Virus record (IMG/VR): IMGVR_UViG_3300028364_000013
Origin: a virus
Lineage: Duplodnaviria; Caudoviricetes
Length of the DNA stretch: 64,000 nt
Strand: one strand, 5' to 3'
The notes beneath the pieces are model-generated. The model did not search any database, had not been told where the DNA came from, and was given only the letters and a program-made list of their open reading frames with translations. Both the position numbers and the translations under genes were made by a program. The stretch's first letter is position 1, and the number at the start of each line of letters is the position of its first letter. Below are positions 19,177 to 29,500 of the stretch, one piece after another.

Positions 19177-20571
19177 TTAGCCAGAATTTGACGCTCCGTT
19201 ATCTAAAAATAACGCAATCTCATCGAGAGATTGTTCGTTTTCTGCTGGCCTACTTGCAACAACCCCTTCTTCGTTTTCGTTTGCCATTTCAATCAAAACT
19301 CTGCTCGTATCAAACAACAGTAGTTTATAAAGCCCATCTTGACCGTTTCTGTTCTTAATTATCCCAAGCATAGCTCTACTTATCTCTTTCATTTCATCTG
19401 GCCTACCAAGCCCAAAAGCAAGGTCAACCGTTGCAATAATACCCAACGACTCCCCAATGTGTCCAGTATTAATTTTCTCCTCCTGAATCGCAGAACGATT
19501 TGTTTGGTGAGCTGTCCAAACTGGTATTCTGTAATTATTAGCAATATTCCTTAACCCCTCTGCAACATCTGTTAAAGCATGTCTCATTTCAGCATAAGAA
19601 CCAAGAGGTTTCATAAGACCAAGGTAATCTACAAATATAATATCTGGAACGAAACCTTCAAGTTCAAGAGTTTTAAGATGCGCCTTAATTGTATTAACTG
19701 TAACACCGCCTTCAAGAAACTCTTTAATCTTTAATCCACCACCAAGCTTTGCAACATCTTCAAGCTTTTCTGTAATGTATTCTGGATACTCCCAAACATG
19801 CTTTAACTTAATGTCATTAATACACGCATCAAACCTCTGCCCTACCACGTCTTCTGATAACTCCATAGAATAGTAGACAACATTCTTACCTTCAAGAAGA
19901 GCTGTTGCAGCCCCTTTTACAAGCATCATCGACTTACCCCCTCCTGGAGGCGCAATCACAACTCCAAGCTCTCCTGGGGACAATCCGCCCCCAATATATT
20001 CATCAAGGTCTCTCATGAATGGAATCGGCATTCTAAAGTCTTTACTAAGCCTTTTGTTTACATCCTTAAAATAATCGTGACCAGAGTCTTTTGGCTGACC
20101 AGCCTTTAATGCTTCTTCAAAATCTTTTAAGATGCTATCCCACTTATTTTTCTTCCAATTTTCTGCTGCCCTAAGAATTACTTCTCTAACATTTCTTTTT
20201 ACAAAAAACTCCCTCGATGACTCTTGAACTTCTACTTTGTCTTCAACTTTTAAGGCTTCTATTTTATCAATAAGACCAAGAATATGCTCTCTTGGAATAC
20301 CTCTTTCTTTGAAGGATACTCTATCTCTCAGAGTTCCAAATCTGATAATAGTTCCTCTATCGTTGTAGTATTGTATACAGTAATCAACAAGAATTTTTTG
20401 GTAGCCGTCAAAATAACTACTTTCGAGAATGTCAACAATAGTCTCAGAAAAACCAGTCCTATCTTCACAAAAAACGTGAATAAATTTGTTCTGATAATTT
20501 GAGTTTAGGGCGCTATCCCCTTCGTCCTCTTGTGCAAAGGAATTGAATACATTGCTGTTCATATTACTCAT
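19177..20571 (-). CDS. dnaB: Replicative DnaB/gp41-like helicase
   Basis: GGLSPGELGVVIAPPGGGKS, YYSMEL, IFVDYL, WTAHQTNR, KNRNG. Confidence 0.92.
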   Translation of the reverse strand: MSNMNSNVFNSFAQEDEGDSALNSNYQNKFIHVFCEDRTGFSETIVDILESSYFDGYQKILVDYCIQYYNDRGTIIRFGTLRDRVSFKERGIPREHILGLIDKIEALKVEDKVEVQESSREFFVKRNVREVILRAAENWKKNKWDSILKDFEEALKAGQPKDSGHDYFKDVNKRLSKDFRMPIPFMRDLDEYIGGGLSPGELGVVIAPPGGGKSMMLVKGAATALLEGKNVVYYSMELSEDVVGQRFDACINDIKLKHVWEYPEYITEKLEDVAKLGGGLKIKEFLEGGVTVNTIKAHLKTLELEGFVPDIIFVDYLGLMKPLGSYAEMRHALTDVAEGLRNIANNYRIPVWTAHQTNRSAIQEEKINTGHIGESLGIIATVDLAFGLGRPDEMKEISRAMLGIIKNRNGQDGLYKLLLFDTSRVLIEMANENEEGVVASRPAENEQSLDEIALFLDNGASNSG

Positions 20572-20593
20572 AAGTTGTCTTTCTCTCTCCGTG

Positions 20594-20627
20594 CAAATAT
20601 AGCACTTATTTTTCTAAAGTAAGCAAA
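20594..20627 (-). promoter_or_regulatory. Bacteroidota-type promoter (TATATTTG; TTTG at 22-nt spacer) upstream of dnaB
   Basis: Plus strand CAAATATA 20594-20601 and CAAA 20624-20627. Confidence 0.55.
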
Positions 20628-20638
20628 GAAGTTTTAAA

Positions 20639-21670
20639 TTATTTCAAACTTTCTTCGTACTCTTTCTCTTTGGCCATCAGATTATAGAATGGTCCAAAGA
20701 AATTATCTGTTCCAAAAAATTGATTGAATCCGTCTTTTGCAAACATCTTCATAGCATTTTCAATAGAACCTTCATCATTGAATGTACTGACTCTGATTTT
20801 ATCTACTTCATCAATAGCTTCTTGGTTTAAGAAAGGTTTTTTAAGGTTCATTAACTCTGCGTTTCTATACAAAGTATCTTGAGCTTGAATTATTTTCTCA
20901 TAAGTTTTTAACTTCTTCTTTTTCTGCTTCTCATAACATTCTTCTACCAATCTACCATAAGTATACTTTTCAGTAATCATATCTGGAAAATGCTTAAGAA
21001 GAGTTGGCACACCGACTCCGTGAACTCCAGAAATACCATCTGAACTATCTCCTGAAAAACATTTTAAAAGCAAAGCATTGTCAACAACGTAGCCATACTT
21101 TTCTTTAAAGTTGGTCTTTGTGATTATATCCATACTGTCTGGATTAACCATTGACACATTATCTGATATAAGTTGAAAGAAATCTTGGTCTCTACTGTAG
21201 ATGTAGATATGTTCGTCAGGATTTTTGCAACCAAGTATATAATAAGCGATAAGGTCATCGGCCTCAATATAATCTAACTCCGCCTGCCTTACAAATAGTT
21301 CTTCCAGATAAACTTGAACGTCTATCTTTTGAGATAATAATTGAAAGTCTTCAGCATCTTTTTCATTGGTTATACCATGACCCTCAGTTGCAATGACTCT
21401 CGTCTCGTTCTCCCAATTCTTTTTTCTATTAGCCTTGTATGGCTTGTAGATGTTGTACCTTAGTTTTCCTGCGTGAAATCCGTCCCAAAAAACTATAACC
21501 CTGTCTGGCATCAATCTGTTTATAACAGATTTGGTACTATCTAAAAAACCAAAGGTGCCACCACAAAGCTTGCGATTGGCACCCATTAGGTCTTTTCTTT
21601 TATAAAAGTTCCTTTTAAGATTCCATTGCCCATCTATCAAAAGAGTTCTAAAATTTTTATTATTATCCAT
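20639..21670 (-). CDS. 5'-3' exonuclease / flap endonuclease (PolI 5'-exo, T4 RNase H-like)
   Basis: LLIDG, VFWDG, YKANRK, EADDLIA, SRDQDFFQL, GDSSDGISGVHGVG. Confidence 0.92.
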   Translation of the reverse strand: MDNNKNFRTLLIDGQWNLKRNFYKRKDLMGANRKLCGGTFGFLDSTKSVINRLMPDRVIVFWDGFHAGKLRYNIYKPYKANRKKNWENETRVIATEGHGITNEKDAEDFQLLSQKIDVQVYLEELFVRQAELDYIEADDLIAYYILGCKNPDEHIYIYSRDQDFFQLISDNVSMVNPDSMDIITKTNFKEKYGYVVDNALLLKCFSGDSSDGISGVHGVGVPTLLKHFPDMITEKYTYGRLVEECYEKQKKKKLKTYEKIIQAQDTLYRNAELMNLKKPFLNQEAIDEVDKIRVSTFNDEGSIENAMKMFAKDGFNQFFGTDNFFGPFYNLMAKEKEYEESLK

Positions 21671-21678
21671 TTTTTTAA

Positions 21679-22572
21679 TTATTTAAAAAATTTATTTATC
21701 CAACCATTACTTAAAGAGGCTTTATAAGCACTTTCGCTATTTTTTTGAAACTCTCCTTTTGTTTCAAATTTTTCAGCTTCAACAAAACATCTTTCTATGG
21801 TCCAATATCCATTTGGTTTTTTTGTCTTCATGTGAGGACAAAGCTCATCAAGCCAATTATTTTTAAACATTGACATATATGCTCCTGGGCTTTTTTTGTA
21901 CAACTCTTTCTTTGCTTTATACTTCAAGGCCTCTTTTTTGCACTTATCTTTCGTCCAATAACCTTTGTGTTTTTTGATGATTTTATTCATATGAACACAA
22001 ACATCATCGAGCCATCCATTTTTTCTTGCAGAATTATATGCGCTACCGCTCTCTTTTGCGAATATAGTTCTTTTTTTATAATTTATAGACTCTTCTATAC
22101 ACTTTTCTTTTGTCCACTTCAAATTTCCTCCACCAATAGCTCCAGCATCTGCTAAATTTAAAACATTATATCCATTTTTTTTATAAAACTCGATTTTATC
22201 TCCCTCCAAAATTTTAGCATCTTCAACGTCTATATAATCTGAATAAGATAATATTGGATTCATTCCAGTTTTTTTTATGTACTTAAAAACCCTACTTCTA
22301 CCATCTCTCCTGTGTTTGTTGTCTCTTTCTTCAATATTATAAGTTAACCCTACATATACAGATTTATCGCCAAATTCATATACATAAACAAGTCTTCTGT
22401 ATTTATTGCCAACAACTGACATGTGAGAACAAATTTCATTCAACCAACCATTTTTATTAGAAGCGTTATAAGCTCCTCCTGAGTTTGTTTTAAATTTAGA
22501 CCTTAATTTATACTTCAACGCCTCTTTTTCACATTTTTCTTTTGTCCAATAATTTCTGTTTTTTCTATTCAT
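21679..22572 (-). mobile_element. Free-standing GIY-YIG homing endonuclease gene with WTKEKC-type repeats
   Basis: VYVYEFGDKSVYVGLTYNIEERDNKH; four YWTxExCxxEAxKY repeats. Confidence 0.8.
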
Positions 22573-22646
22573 TTTATCTTTTTATTATAAATACCAATAA
22601 AAAATTTACAAAATATATAATAAACGTTTTCATATATTTAAGCAAA

Positions 22647-22676
22647 AAAAAGCCAAGTGTTAATACTTGGCTTTTT
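22647..22676 (-). terminator. Terminator hairpin after recA
   Basis: AAAAAGCCAAGT-GTTAAT-ACTTGGCTTTTT. Confidence 0.75.
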
Positions 22677-22680
22677 CTTT

Positions 22681-23799
22681 TTACATTTCTTCTGTTTCTT
22701 CAGATATATCTTCAACTTCCATTCCCCACTCATGTGCGTGAGCAGCTTTATAAGCATCTTTATCTGCCTTTTCGTTTAAAATGAACCCATCGTCAGTACA
22801 AACAATTTTACCTTTTGTAGGCGTGGCGTTTGTAATATGGTTTTTCATAACAATCAAATCTGTTAAAAGACCAAATCCATATTCAACCTTCTTGCTGACA
22901 GCTTTAATCTTACTTGACCTTCCAAGTATTCCTCCAGTTCTAAACACAAGAGTAGATACATAATAAACACCATCTCCACCATAAGGAACCAAAGACGACT
23001 GTCCACCTGGAAATGTTGGAGGCGCAGTGTAAGCGTGATTAATTACAATCAAAGTAGACGTATAAGGAAAACTTGCATTCCTTGTAGCATTTATTCTTGG
23101 CCCAAGGTATCTTGTTATTTCCTCACGAAGAACTCTGGCAGTAACCATCATACCTCCACCACCTGAACCATCTTCCATTTTTCCAAGTTCTTTTTCAGAA
23201 GGCGTACCTCCGATAGAATCCCAAAGAAATAAAACATCATATGGTAGGTCTCCTTTTTCCTGCGCATCAAGAATTTCTTTCACATACTTACAACCTTCCT
23301 CAATAGTTGCAACGCCATTATGCACAATAGCTTCGTCAAAATTAACACCCATCTTTTCGCCTCTTTCAAAGCTAAATTTATTTTCAGTGATAATAAATAC
23401 TGGAACTATACCTTGTTTCTGAGCGAATGCAGCAGCTTCCAGAGCCATTGTACTCTTACCTGTATCTGATTTCCCATAGTTCATTATTACGTGACCAGTT
23501 GGAATTCCAGGCAATTTTGTAACCTCTTTAAAAGCAGAGCTCATCCCAATCCACTCTTGAGGTTTATACTCAACAGATTTATGATTAACTTTCTTTTTGT
23601 AGTCACTTAATTTTGGAAACTTTTTCTTTAGTTTAGGAGCTTCTTCTTTGGTTTTTTTAACCTCTTCAAATACTTCTCCAGTAGAGATGCAGATTAAATC
23701 ATCTCCTTCTTTTGTGTACTCTTCCTTAGAAGAGGAGTGGATGATTTTACCATCCACGTCCTCGAACCCCTCAGGAAGAGAGTTCTTCTTTTTTGCCAT
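22681..23799 (-). CDS. recA: RecA/UvsX recombinase
   Basis: GIPTGHVIMNYGKSDTGKST Walker A, FLWDSIG, IVINH, PYGGDG. Confidence 0.88.
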   Translation of the reverse strand: MAKKKNSLPEGFEDVDGKIIHSSSKEEYTKEGDDLICISTGEVFEEVKKTKEEAPKLKKKFPKLSDYKKKVNHKSVEYKPQEWIGMSSAFKEVTKLPGIPTGHVIMNYGKSDTGKSTMALEAAAFAQKQGIVPVFIITENKFSFERGEKMGVNFDEAIVHNGVATIEEGCKYVKEILDAQEKGDLPYDVLFLWDSIGGTPSEKELGKMEDGSGGGGMMVTARVLREEITRYLGPRINATRNASFPYTSTLIVINHAYTAPPTFPGGQSSLVPYGGDGVYYVSTLVFRTGGILGRSSKIKAVSKKVEYGFGLLTDLIVMKNHITNATPTKGKIVCTDDGFILNEKADKDAYKAAHAHEWGMEVEDISEETEEM

Positions 23800-23819
23800 G
23801 CTTATAAAATGTTAACTGA

Positions 23820-24236
23820 TTATTGACCTTGCTGACCGTTGTTCGGTTGTTGGGTATAGTTTTGTGCTTGTTGTTGAGCAACTTGTTGAGGAGCTTGTTC
23901 TGAAGCAGGAGCTGCATTCCATTCAATTTCCTTACCAGAGTTATCAGCCTTATTTCTTGTTCTAAGGTAAAATACGTCTGGATTTTCTTGTTGTTGCCCA
24001 AAGTTAACAGAAGCTTTACATCCATTACACTTAACTGTAGTGTATTTGAATTTCCCCTGAGCTACGTGCGCATCTAACACAAGGTCATCGCTACCGCAAC
24101 ATCCACATTTGTGAACATCATAGAATGACAACTTTTTTGATTCCATTACCGCTTCATGAAGATTGCCACCTTCAACAGTAAATTCATAGGTTCTCTTACC
24201 TACTTTTTTTTCTATTTTCATTTTGAAATTTCCCAT
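23820..24236 (-). CDS. Hypothetical Zn-binding protein with Gln-rich tail
   Basis: CGCCG and CNGC motifs; tail QQVAQQQAQNYTQQ. Confidence 0.75.
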   Translation of the reverse strand: MGNFKMKIEKKVGKRTYEFTVEGGNLHEAVMESKKLSFYDVHKCGCCGSDDLVLDAHVAQGKFKYTTVKCNGCKASVNFGQQQENPDVFYLRTRNKADNSGKEIEWNAAPASEQAPQQVAQQQAQNYTQQPNNGQQGQ

Positions 24237-24347
24237 AATTTCCCATAATTTCTATTATTTTCTTTAAATTATTATAATATAATATAGAAAATTAGATTAC
24301 TAAAATCAAGTAAAAAATGAAAAAAAAGTAAAGTTTTTTATAAGTAA

Positions 24348-25985
24348 TTAGAAATAAACCCCTTCTGATGATAAATCTTTATAATTTACACCAGATTTGT
24401 AGTCAATTGAGAACATCATGCCTCTATGAAATGAAAGAATTTTAGCTATTTCTTCGACAAGAAATTTTTCATCTGGATGCATGTCAAAAACAAGAGAATC
24501 ATGAACTTGAAACAGAAAGCTGCTTGAATAGCCTTTTAGTAATTCTTTTATCTCACAAACTTTATCAATTACTATTTCAGAAGCTGTAGATTGAATGTAA
24601 TTGTTAAATCCAGCATAAGATTTTTCTGGATTTATTATTGAACCCCATTTGTTGATTATATACCCGTCAGCTTCCGCTTGAAGCATTAACTCCTTAGATT
24701 TGGAGAATAATGGGCTCAAGAATTCTTTGACCCTTAGCATCTTCTCAATTGGATATTCTTCTCCTTTAAGCTTTTTTAATACAGTAGCCTCGCTTGCTCC
24801 ATAAAGTATAGAGTGATTTACGAGTTTTGCAACATCTCTTTGCTCTGGCGTAAACTCCATTGATTCAAAAATAATCCTGGCAGTCTCAGAGTGCAAATCT
24901 TTATCATAAAACCTTTGAATAAACTCCTCGTCTTCACTAAGGTACAACGCAATTCTCACCTCAAAAGAAGTGTAGTCAAATTGATATATCCTACCATTTC
25001 TAAATTTAGAAATTATCTTTGTTCTTTCTTCGTTGCTTTTTGAAAGGTTTTGAGGATTATACCTGTCCTTGCTTGTTATCCTTCCTGTAATTGTTCTTTT
25101 GTTTGAATAGTTTATTTTGGCAAGCTTTGCGTTTTCACGATAAATGAAATCAAGATTTTTATCAAAATCATACACAAAAGGTATGTATCTTGTAGACATC
25201 CATCTTGTTATTTTGTCTCTAACGCACATTCTTTTAAAAAAGACTTCTTCATCATCATCAAGACTTAAATCATCAAGAGGTATTTTGCTCATTAGAAACG
25301 GGACATATTTACTGATGTTTACATTTGTAATTATTTGAAAATATTTCAAAGGAGTCTCTACTCCAAATTTAATCCACCTGATAATATCAAGAGTTCTGAT
25401 GTCTCCAAGAGAATCAAGGTCAACATAATCCTCTATTCCATCATGAGAATAAATTAAACAATTCATGCTATTAAAAACCTTTGATAGCTCTAATCTATAA
25501 TTACCTTCTGTAAGAAACATATTTTTTACATTTACAATGTAATTTTTGTTTCCATTCCGCATGTATAAAGCTCCTTCATTGAAGTGTATGTAAGTTATAA
25601 TTTTCTCATCTATAACATCATCAACAAACTTACTAAAGCTACCATGAACAAGTGAATCAAACAAATCATAATCCGATGGAAGCCATGCGTATAAGTTTTT
25701 GTTTACAAATTCTTCAATATTTCTATGAAAGTTTTGACCTTGTATTTCTGAAGCTTCAACAGAATTATAGGTCCAATATAGATTTTCAGAAACTTCACTG
25801 TCACTTATTTTCTGATTAGGAAAATTACTCTTCATAAAATTCCACCCCACCATTAGTGTAGCAACTTCATAATATCCATCATCTGGTATTTTTGTGGTAA
25901 TTTCAACAGGATAACCGCCTAAGAACTGTTTTAAGTCATTAGCTGATTCTATCGTGTCTACTATAATTTTGCAAATCCTAAACAT
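24348..25985 (-). CDS. polA: Divergent family-A DNA polymerase
   Basis: TITGRITS, motif A QFDYTSFEVR, DLHSETA, motif B RDVAKLVNHSILYG, NNYIQSTASE, motif C FQVHDSLVFD; TATATTTG element at 25991-25998. Confidence 0.82.
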   Translation of the reverse strand: MFRICKIIVDTIESANDLKQFLGGYPVEITTKIPDDGYYEVATLMVGWNFMKSNFPNQKISDSEVSENLYWTYNSVEASEIQGQNFHRNIEEFVNKNLYAWLPSDYDLFDSLVHGSFSKFVDDVIDEKIITYIHFNEGALYMRNGNKNYIVNVKNMFLTEGNYRLELSKVFNSMNCLIYSHDGIEDYVDLDSLGDIRTLDIIRWIKFGVETPLKYFQIITNVNISKYVPFLMSKIPLDDLSLDDDEEVFFKRMCVRDKITRWMSTRYIPFVYDFDKNLDFIYRENAKLAKINYSNKRTITGRITSKDRYNPQNLSKSNEERTKIISKFRNGRIYQFDYTSFEVRIALYLSEDEEFIQRFYDKDLHSETARIIFESMEFTPEQRDVAKLVNHSILYGASEATVLKKLKGEEYPIEKMLRVKEFLSPLFSKSKELMLQAEADGYIINKWGSIINPEKSYAGFNNYIQSTASEIVIDKVCEIKELLKGYSSSFLFQVHDSLVFDMHPDEKFLVEEIAKILSFHRGMMFSIDYKSGVNYKDLSSEGVYF

Positions 25986-26005
25986 ATTTGCAAATATAGT
26001 AAAAA

Positions 26006-26575
26006 TTATCTCTTTTTTATAACTACTATGTAATTATTTGGATTTTTAGGATATGAACCATCTGTATTAAGATTTATACGAATATCAACTTTATTTGTAT
26101 TTTCTAAGTTTCCACCAGCAAGCTTTGCTACATTTCCAATTACTTCATAAACCACATCGCTGTGAGTGTCTGTATATGAACCGCTTCTTGGTTTTCCAAG
26201 AATATCTCCAATCTGAGATAATATAGGCTCCCTCTCTCTTGAGAGTGAATAAGCTTTATATGATAATGAGCCGTTTTTATTCCTATTTTCTTTTGCTTTT
26301 AAAAAATACTCTCTGTGCGCAGAGGATTTTGGGAAAGTAGAATCAACTCTCGTCATAACATAAGATATGTAAGCAGCTGACCATGGCCACTTATTTTGAG
26401 TGGCAGTATCACTCATCTGCTCTTCTGACATGTTAAGACCCAAATTATCCCAATAATTTTTCAACATTGGGTACGCCTCTGGAACTTTTTCGTTTAAATT
26501 GCCGTTTTTCCATTTTAACGCTTCTTGTTTTATAATTGTAGTTAATTTAGAAAAGTTTACTTCACTTTTAATCAT
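26006..26575 (-). CDS. DUF2272/CHAP-like putative peptidoglycan amidase
   Basis: PWSAAYISYVM, SSAHREY, GDILGKPR, THSDVV, GGNLENT. Confidence 0.7.
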   Translation of the reverse strand: MIKSEVNFSKLTTIIKQEALKWKNGNLNEKVPEAYPMLKNYWDNLGLNMSEEQMSDTATQNKWPWSAAYISYVMTRVDSTFPKSSAHREYFLKAKENRNKNGSLSYKAYSLSREREPILSQIGDILGKPRSGSYTDTHSDVVYEVIGNVAKLAGGNLENTNKVDIRINLNTDGSYPKNPNNYIVVIKKR

Positions 26576-26587
26576 AATAAAATTTTT

Positions 26588-29500
26588 TTATATATCTAAT
26601 CCAGATTCAATGTCAATCATTACATTAGTTCCTTGAGCCACTGCTGCACCTGCCGCAACTGATGCTGCCGTAGGTTTATCAATAGGTATTCCAAGCTTAT
26701 CTGGAAGCCCGTACCACTTAGAGCCTTTTCTGCTATCATATTGAAATTGCGCTTTCCCTGGTCTATATTCCCAGTGCCATTCTTCAGAAGTCACAGTTCT
26801 TACGAACCCAAACTTATAAGCATTTAAAACAAGCCATTCATAAATAGGCATTATAACACCTCCAAATTTAGCACCCTTACAGTTGAGGTCAATTGCAAGT
26901 CCTGAATTGTGATTAGAATATCCTGGACGTGCTGTTGCTGGGTCGAAATTACCAGAACTTGCAGTTCTTAGATAATTATCATCATTCTTTTTGTTTTTAT
27001 TTATTACGTTCTGTTTTCTTAAATTATACTGAGCAGTAGATATAAACCTTCCATTACCATCTATAACATTATTAAAAGGGTCTCTATACCCACTACTAAG
27101 ATGTAAGTCAATTCCATCTGCTACCGCAGCTATTTGCATAGCTTTATATGCAGACAATATCTGAGCGGTTAATGGATATTTGTCAAAAATATATAATTGT
27201 TCAGAACCGATAACAGCACCACCCGACCATAGGTCTCTAACCCCAAGAGAAGTATCATAAGAAGATGTCAATTCATTCAATGGTAATTTTGGCACAGAAA
27301 GAGCCACTGGTCCTCCTGAATTTCCATTTACAAATTCTTGACCAAGATAATCTGCTGCATTTGCAGAGAAACTACCAGTCACAGCAACAAGAGCTTCTGT
27401 AAAGTTCTTTAAAGCATCTCTTGCAGCTTGGTCAAACCCTTGAGGAATAGCAAGAGGAGCTTCTGATTCTCCAAGCGCCCTAAATGTATCAAGCGTTACT
27501 GGCTTAATAGAACCATATCCACTACCAGGAGAGAATCTCATTCTAATCCCCTCTAAAGATGTGTCCATATTATTTGGTGATATAGAGTGCTTAACTTTCA
27601 TAACTTGATAAAGGCCTCCAAACAATGGAGAATTTTCAAGGAAGAAAAATTGCATTGGATAAACTTGAGAATTACCAAGAACATCAATAGTCGCTTTGTA
27701 TGAACGACCAGCAAGAACAGGAAGCATTGAACAGTCTGTTGTTACTTTTTTGTTCTGATTTTCATTGTCAACCAACCTTTGAAGGTTGACGATGCTTTCG
27801 GCAGTAACTTTATTATCTTCAGTTCCAACTGATATGTTTTTTACGATTTGATTATCTGGATGACCATACTTAATAACATATGAACCAACATTGTAGGCTT
27901 TTTGCTTATCACTAAAAGCAATTGAAGTTCCGTCAGCATTCTTTGTCTTAGTCCTTGATTCTGGGGTTGGAGTAAATAATACGTGAAAGAAATTTCTAAC
28001 CTGAAGATTTGCAAGTTTTGAGCTTGGGCTCCAAATGTTAGCAACATCCAAGTATCCTGGATTTCCAGGAATTGGAATAAATAAAAAGTTATTCTTGGAA
28101 CACACCTGTTGTATTATATTCAAAATACTTGTATTAGCATTTGGCTTATAAAGCGGTTCTAAATTTATAATAGAATCTCTTACAACAATTGGCTCCCCTG
28201 GATTGTTAATCCTTTGCATAGGATAATCATATACAAAAGTTCCGTTTGGAACTCCTTGAGCGCTTTGTGAACTTCCTATGTTTACAGAAACCTGGTCTGT
28301 TCCTGGTGGAAATAGTTCAACTAAATCTTCTGCAGTAGCATCTGTACCCTCAGCATATTCTTCTTTAGTTACCCAAACTTTTTCATCCCTTAAAAGGTCT
28401 ACGTGATTATCTCCAAACCTTGCCTCAAGAGCTTCAGCTACATTAAACACCTTAGCTTTGGCATCATCCCCTTCTGCCCCCTTGTGTTCATCAACATCTC
28501 CACATAAAGCTCCGTTGCTATCTATGTTATCGCTATAGGATAGCGACTGCCATTGATGGAACAATACGTGCATTTGCTTATAAATAGCAGCCTCGCTATC
28601 TCCAGCCTTACCTAATACTTCTCCAATAATTTGATTTCTCTTATCAATAATGTCATCCAACTTCTGAAGAAGAACGTCACACGCCTTTCTAACAAAAGCT
28701 CTATGATTTCTCCCACTTTGACTTGGGCTAAAAATTCCAAATACAAGACCAGAATCTGGGTCAGTACCACTATGTGCCGCAATTGTATACCCTATGTTTC
28801 CAGTGTAATCAACACCGTCTTGATTTGTTGTTTGGTTTGGGTTATCTTGCGGATTTTCTTTAATAGAATTATTCCATTTAATATTTGTTGCCGCAAAAAG
28901 CGTAACCAAAGGGTCTTTAGAGCCGAAAAAACCTGGAGCTGGGTCTTTCATCTCATCAAAATCAACTACATTTCCAGCTCTACTTTGAGTCGTACCATCT
29001 CTATATCCCACAAGAGACCCTATTCTGTTAAGTATAAACTTAGGAGAGTTATCTAAAGCAGTAGTTTTATCTCCCTCATCTCCGTATTTAGCATTAATAG
29101 GGACATATCCAAGCGGTTCATTTTGACCAGCATCAGTAATGTCTTTATCTGAATTTTTAAACTCACCATCTGTTGGTGCAGAATTAGCCTCTTGAGCTCT
29201 TTTGTTGTCTTCTCCTCTAAAAAACACAGCCATGTATTCATTGCCATTTGATGTCGGGAATGTATAGCCAATTCTATTATTTACTATTCTTGTTGCTGTA
29301 TATTTACTGTCAACAAAAGATAGTGGATTTTGAGCATTTCTAATTCCAGAAGGAGAAAGACTTTTAGCGTCAGACAGCGAATTACTTTGATTGTTTGCTA
29401 AATTTTGAGCTTCGTTTTGAACTGCCTGTATTTGGTCTTCTCTTTTAGACTCTTCTTCCTCATAAGTATTAAATACAAGATTTCCATTTACAAGAGTCAC

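Noticed and set aside
24236-24348. AT-rich intergenic stretch as a replication origin
   Set aside because: No iterons or DnaA boxes visible; AT content is similar to other intergenic regions
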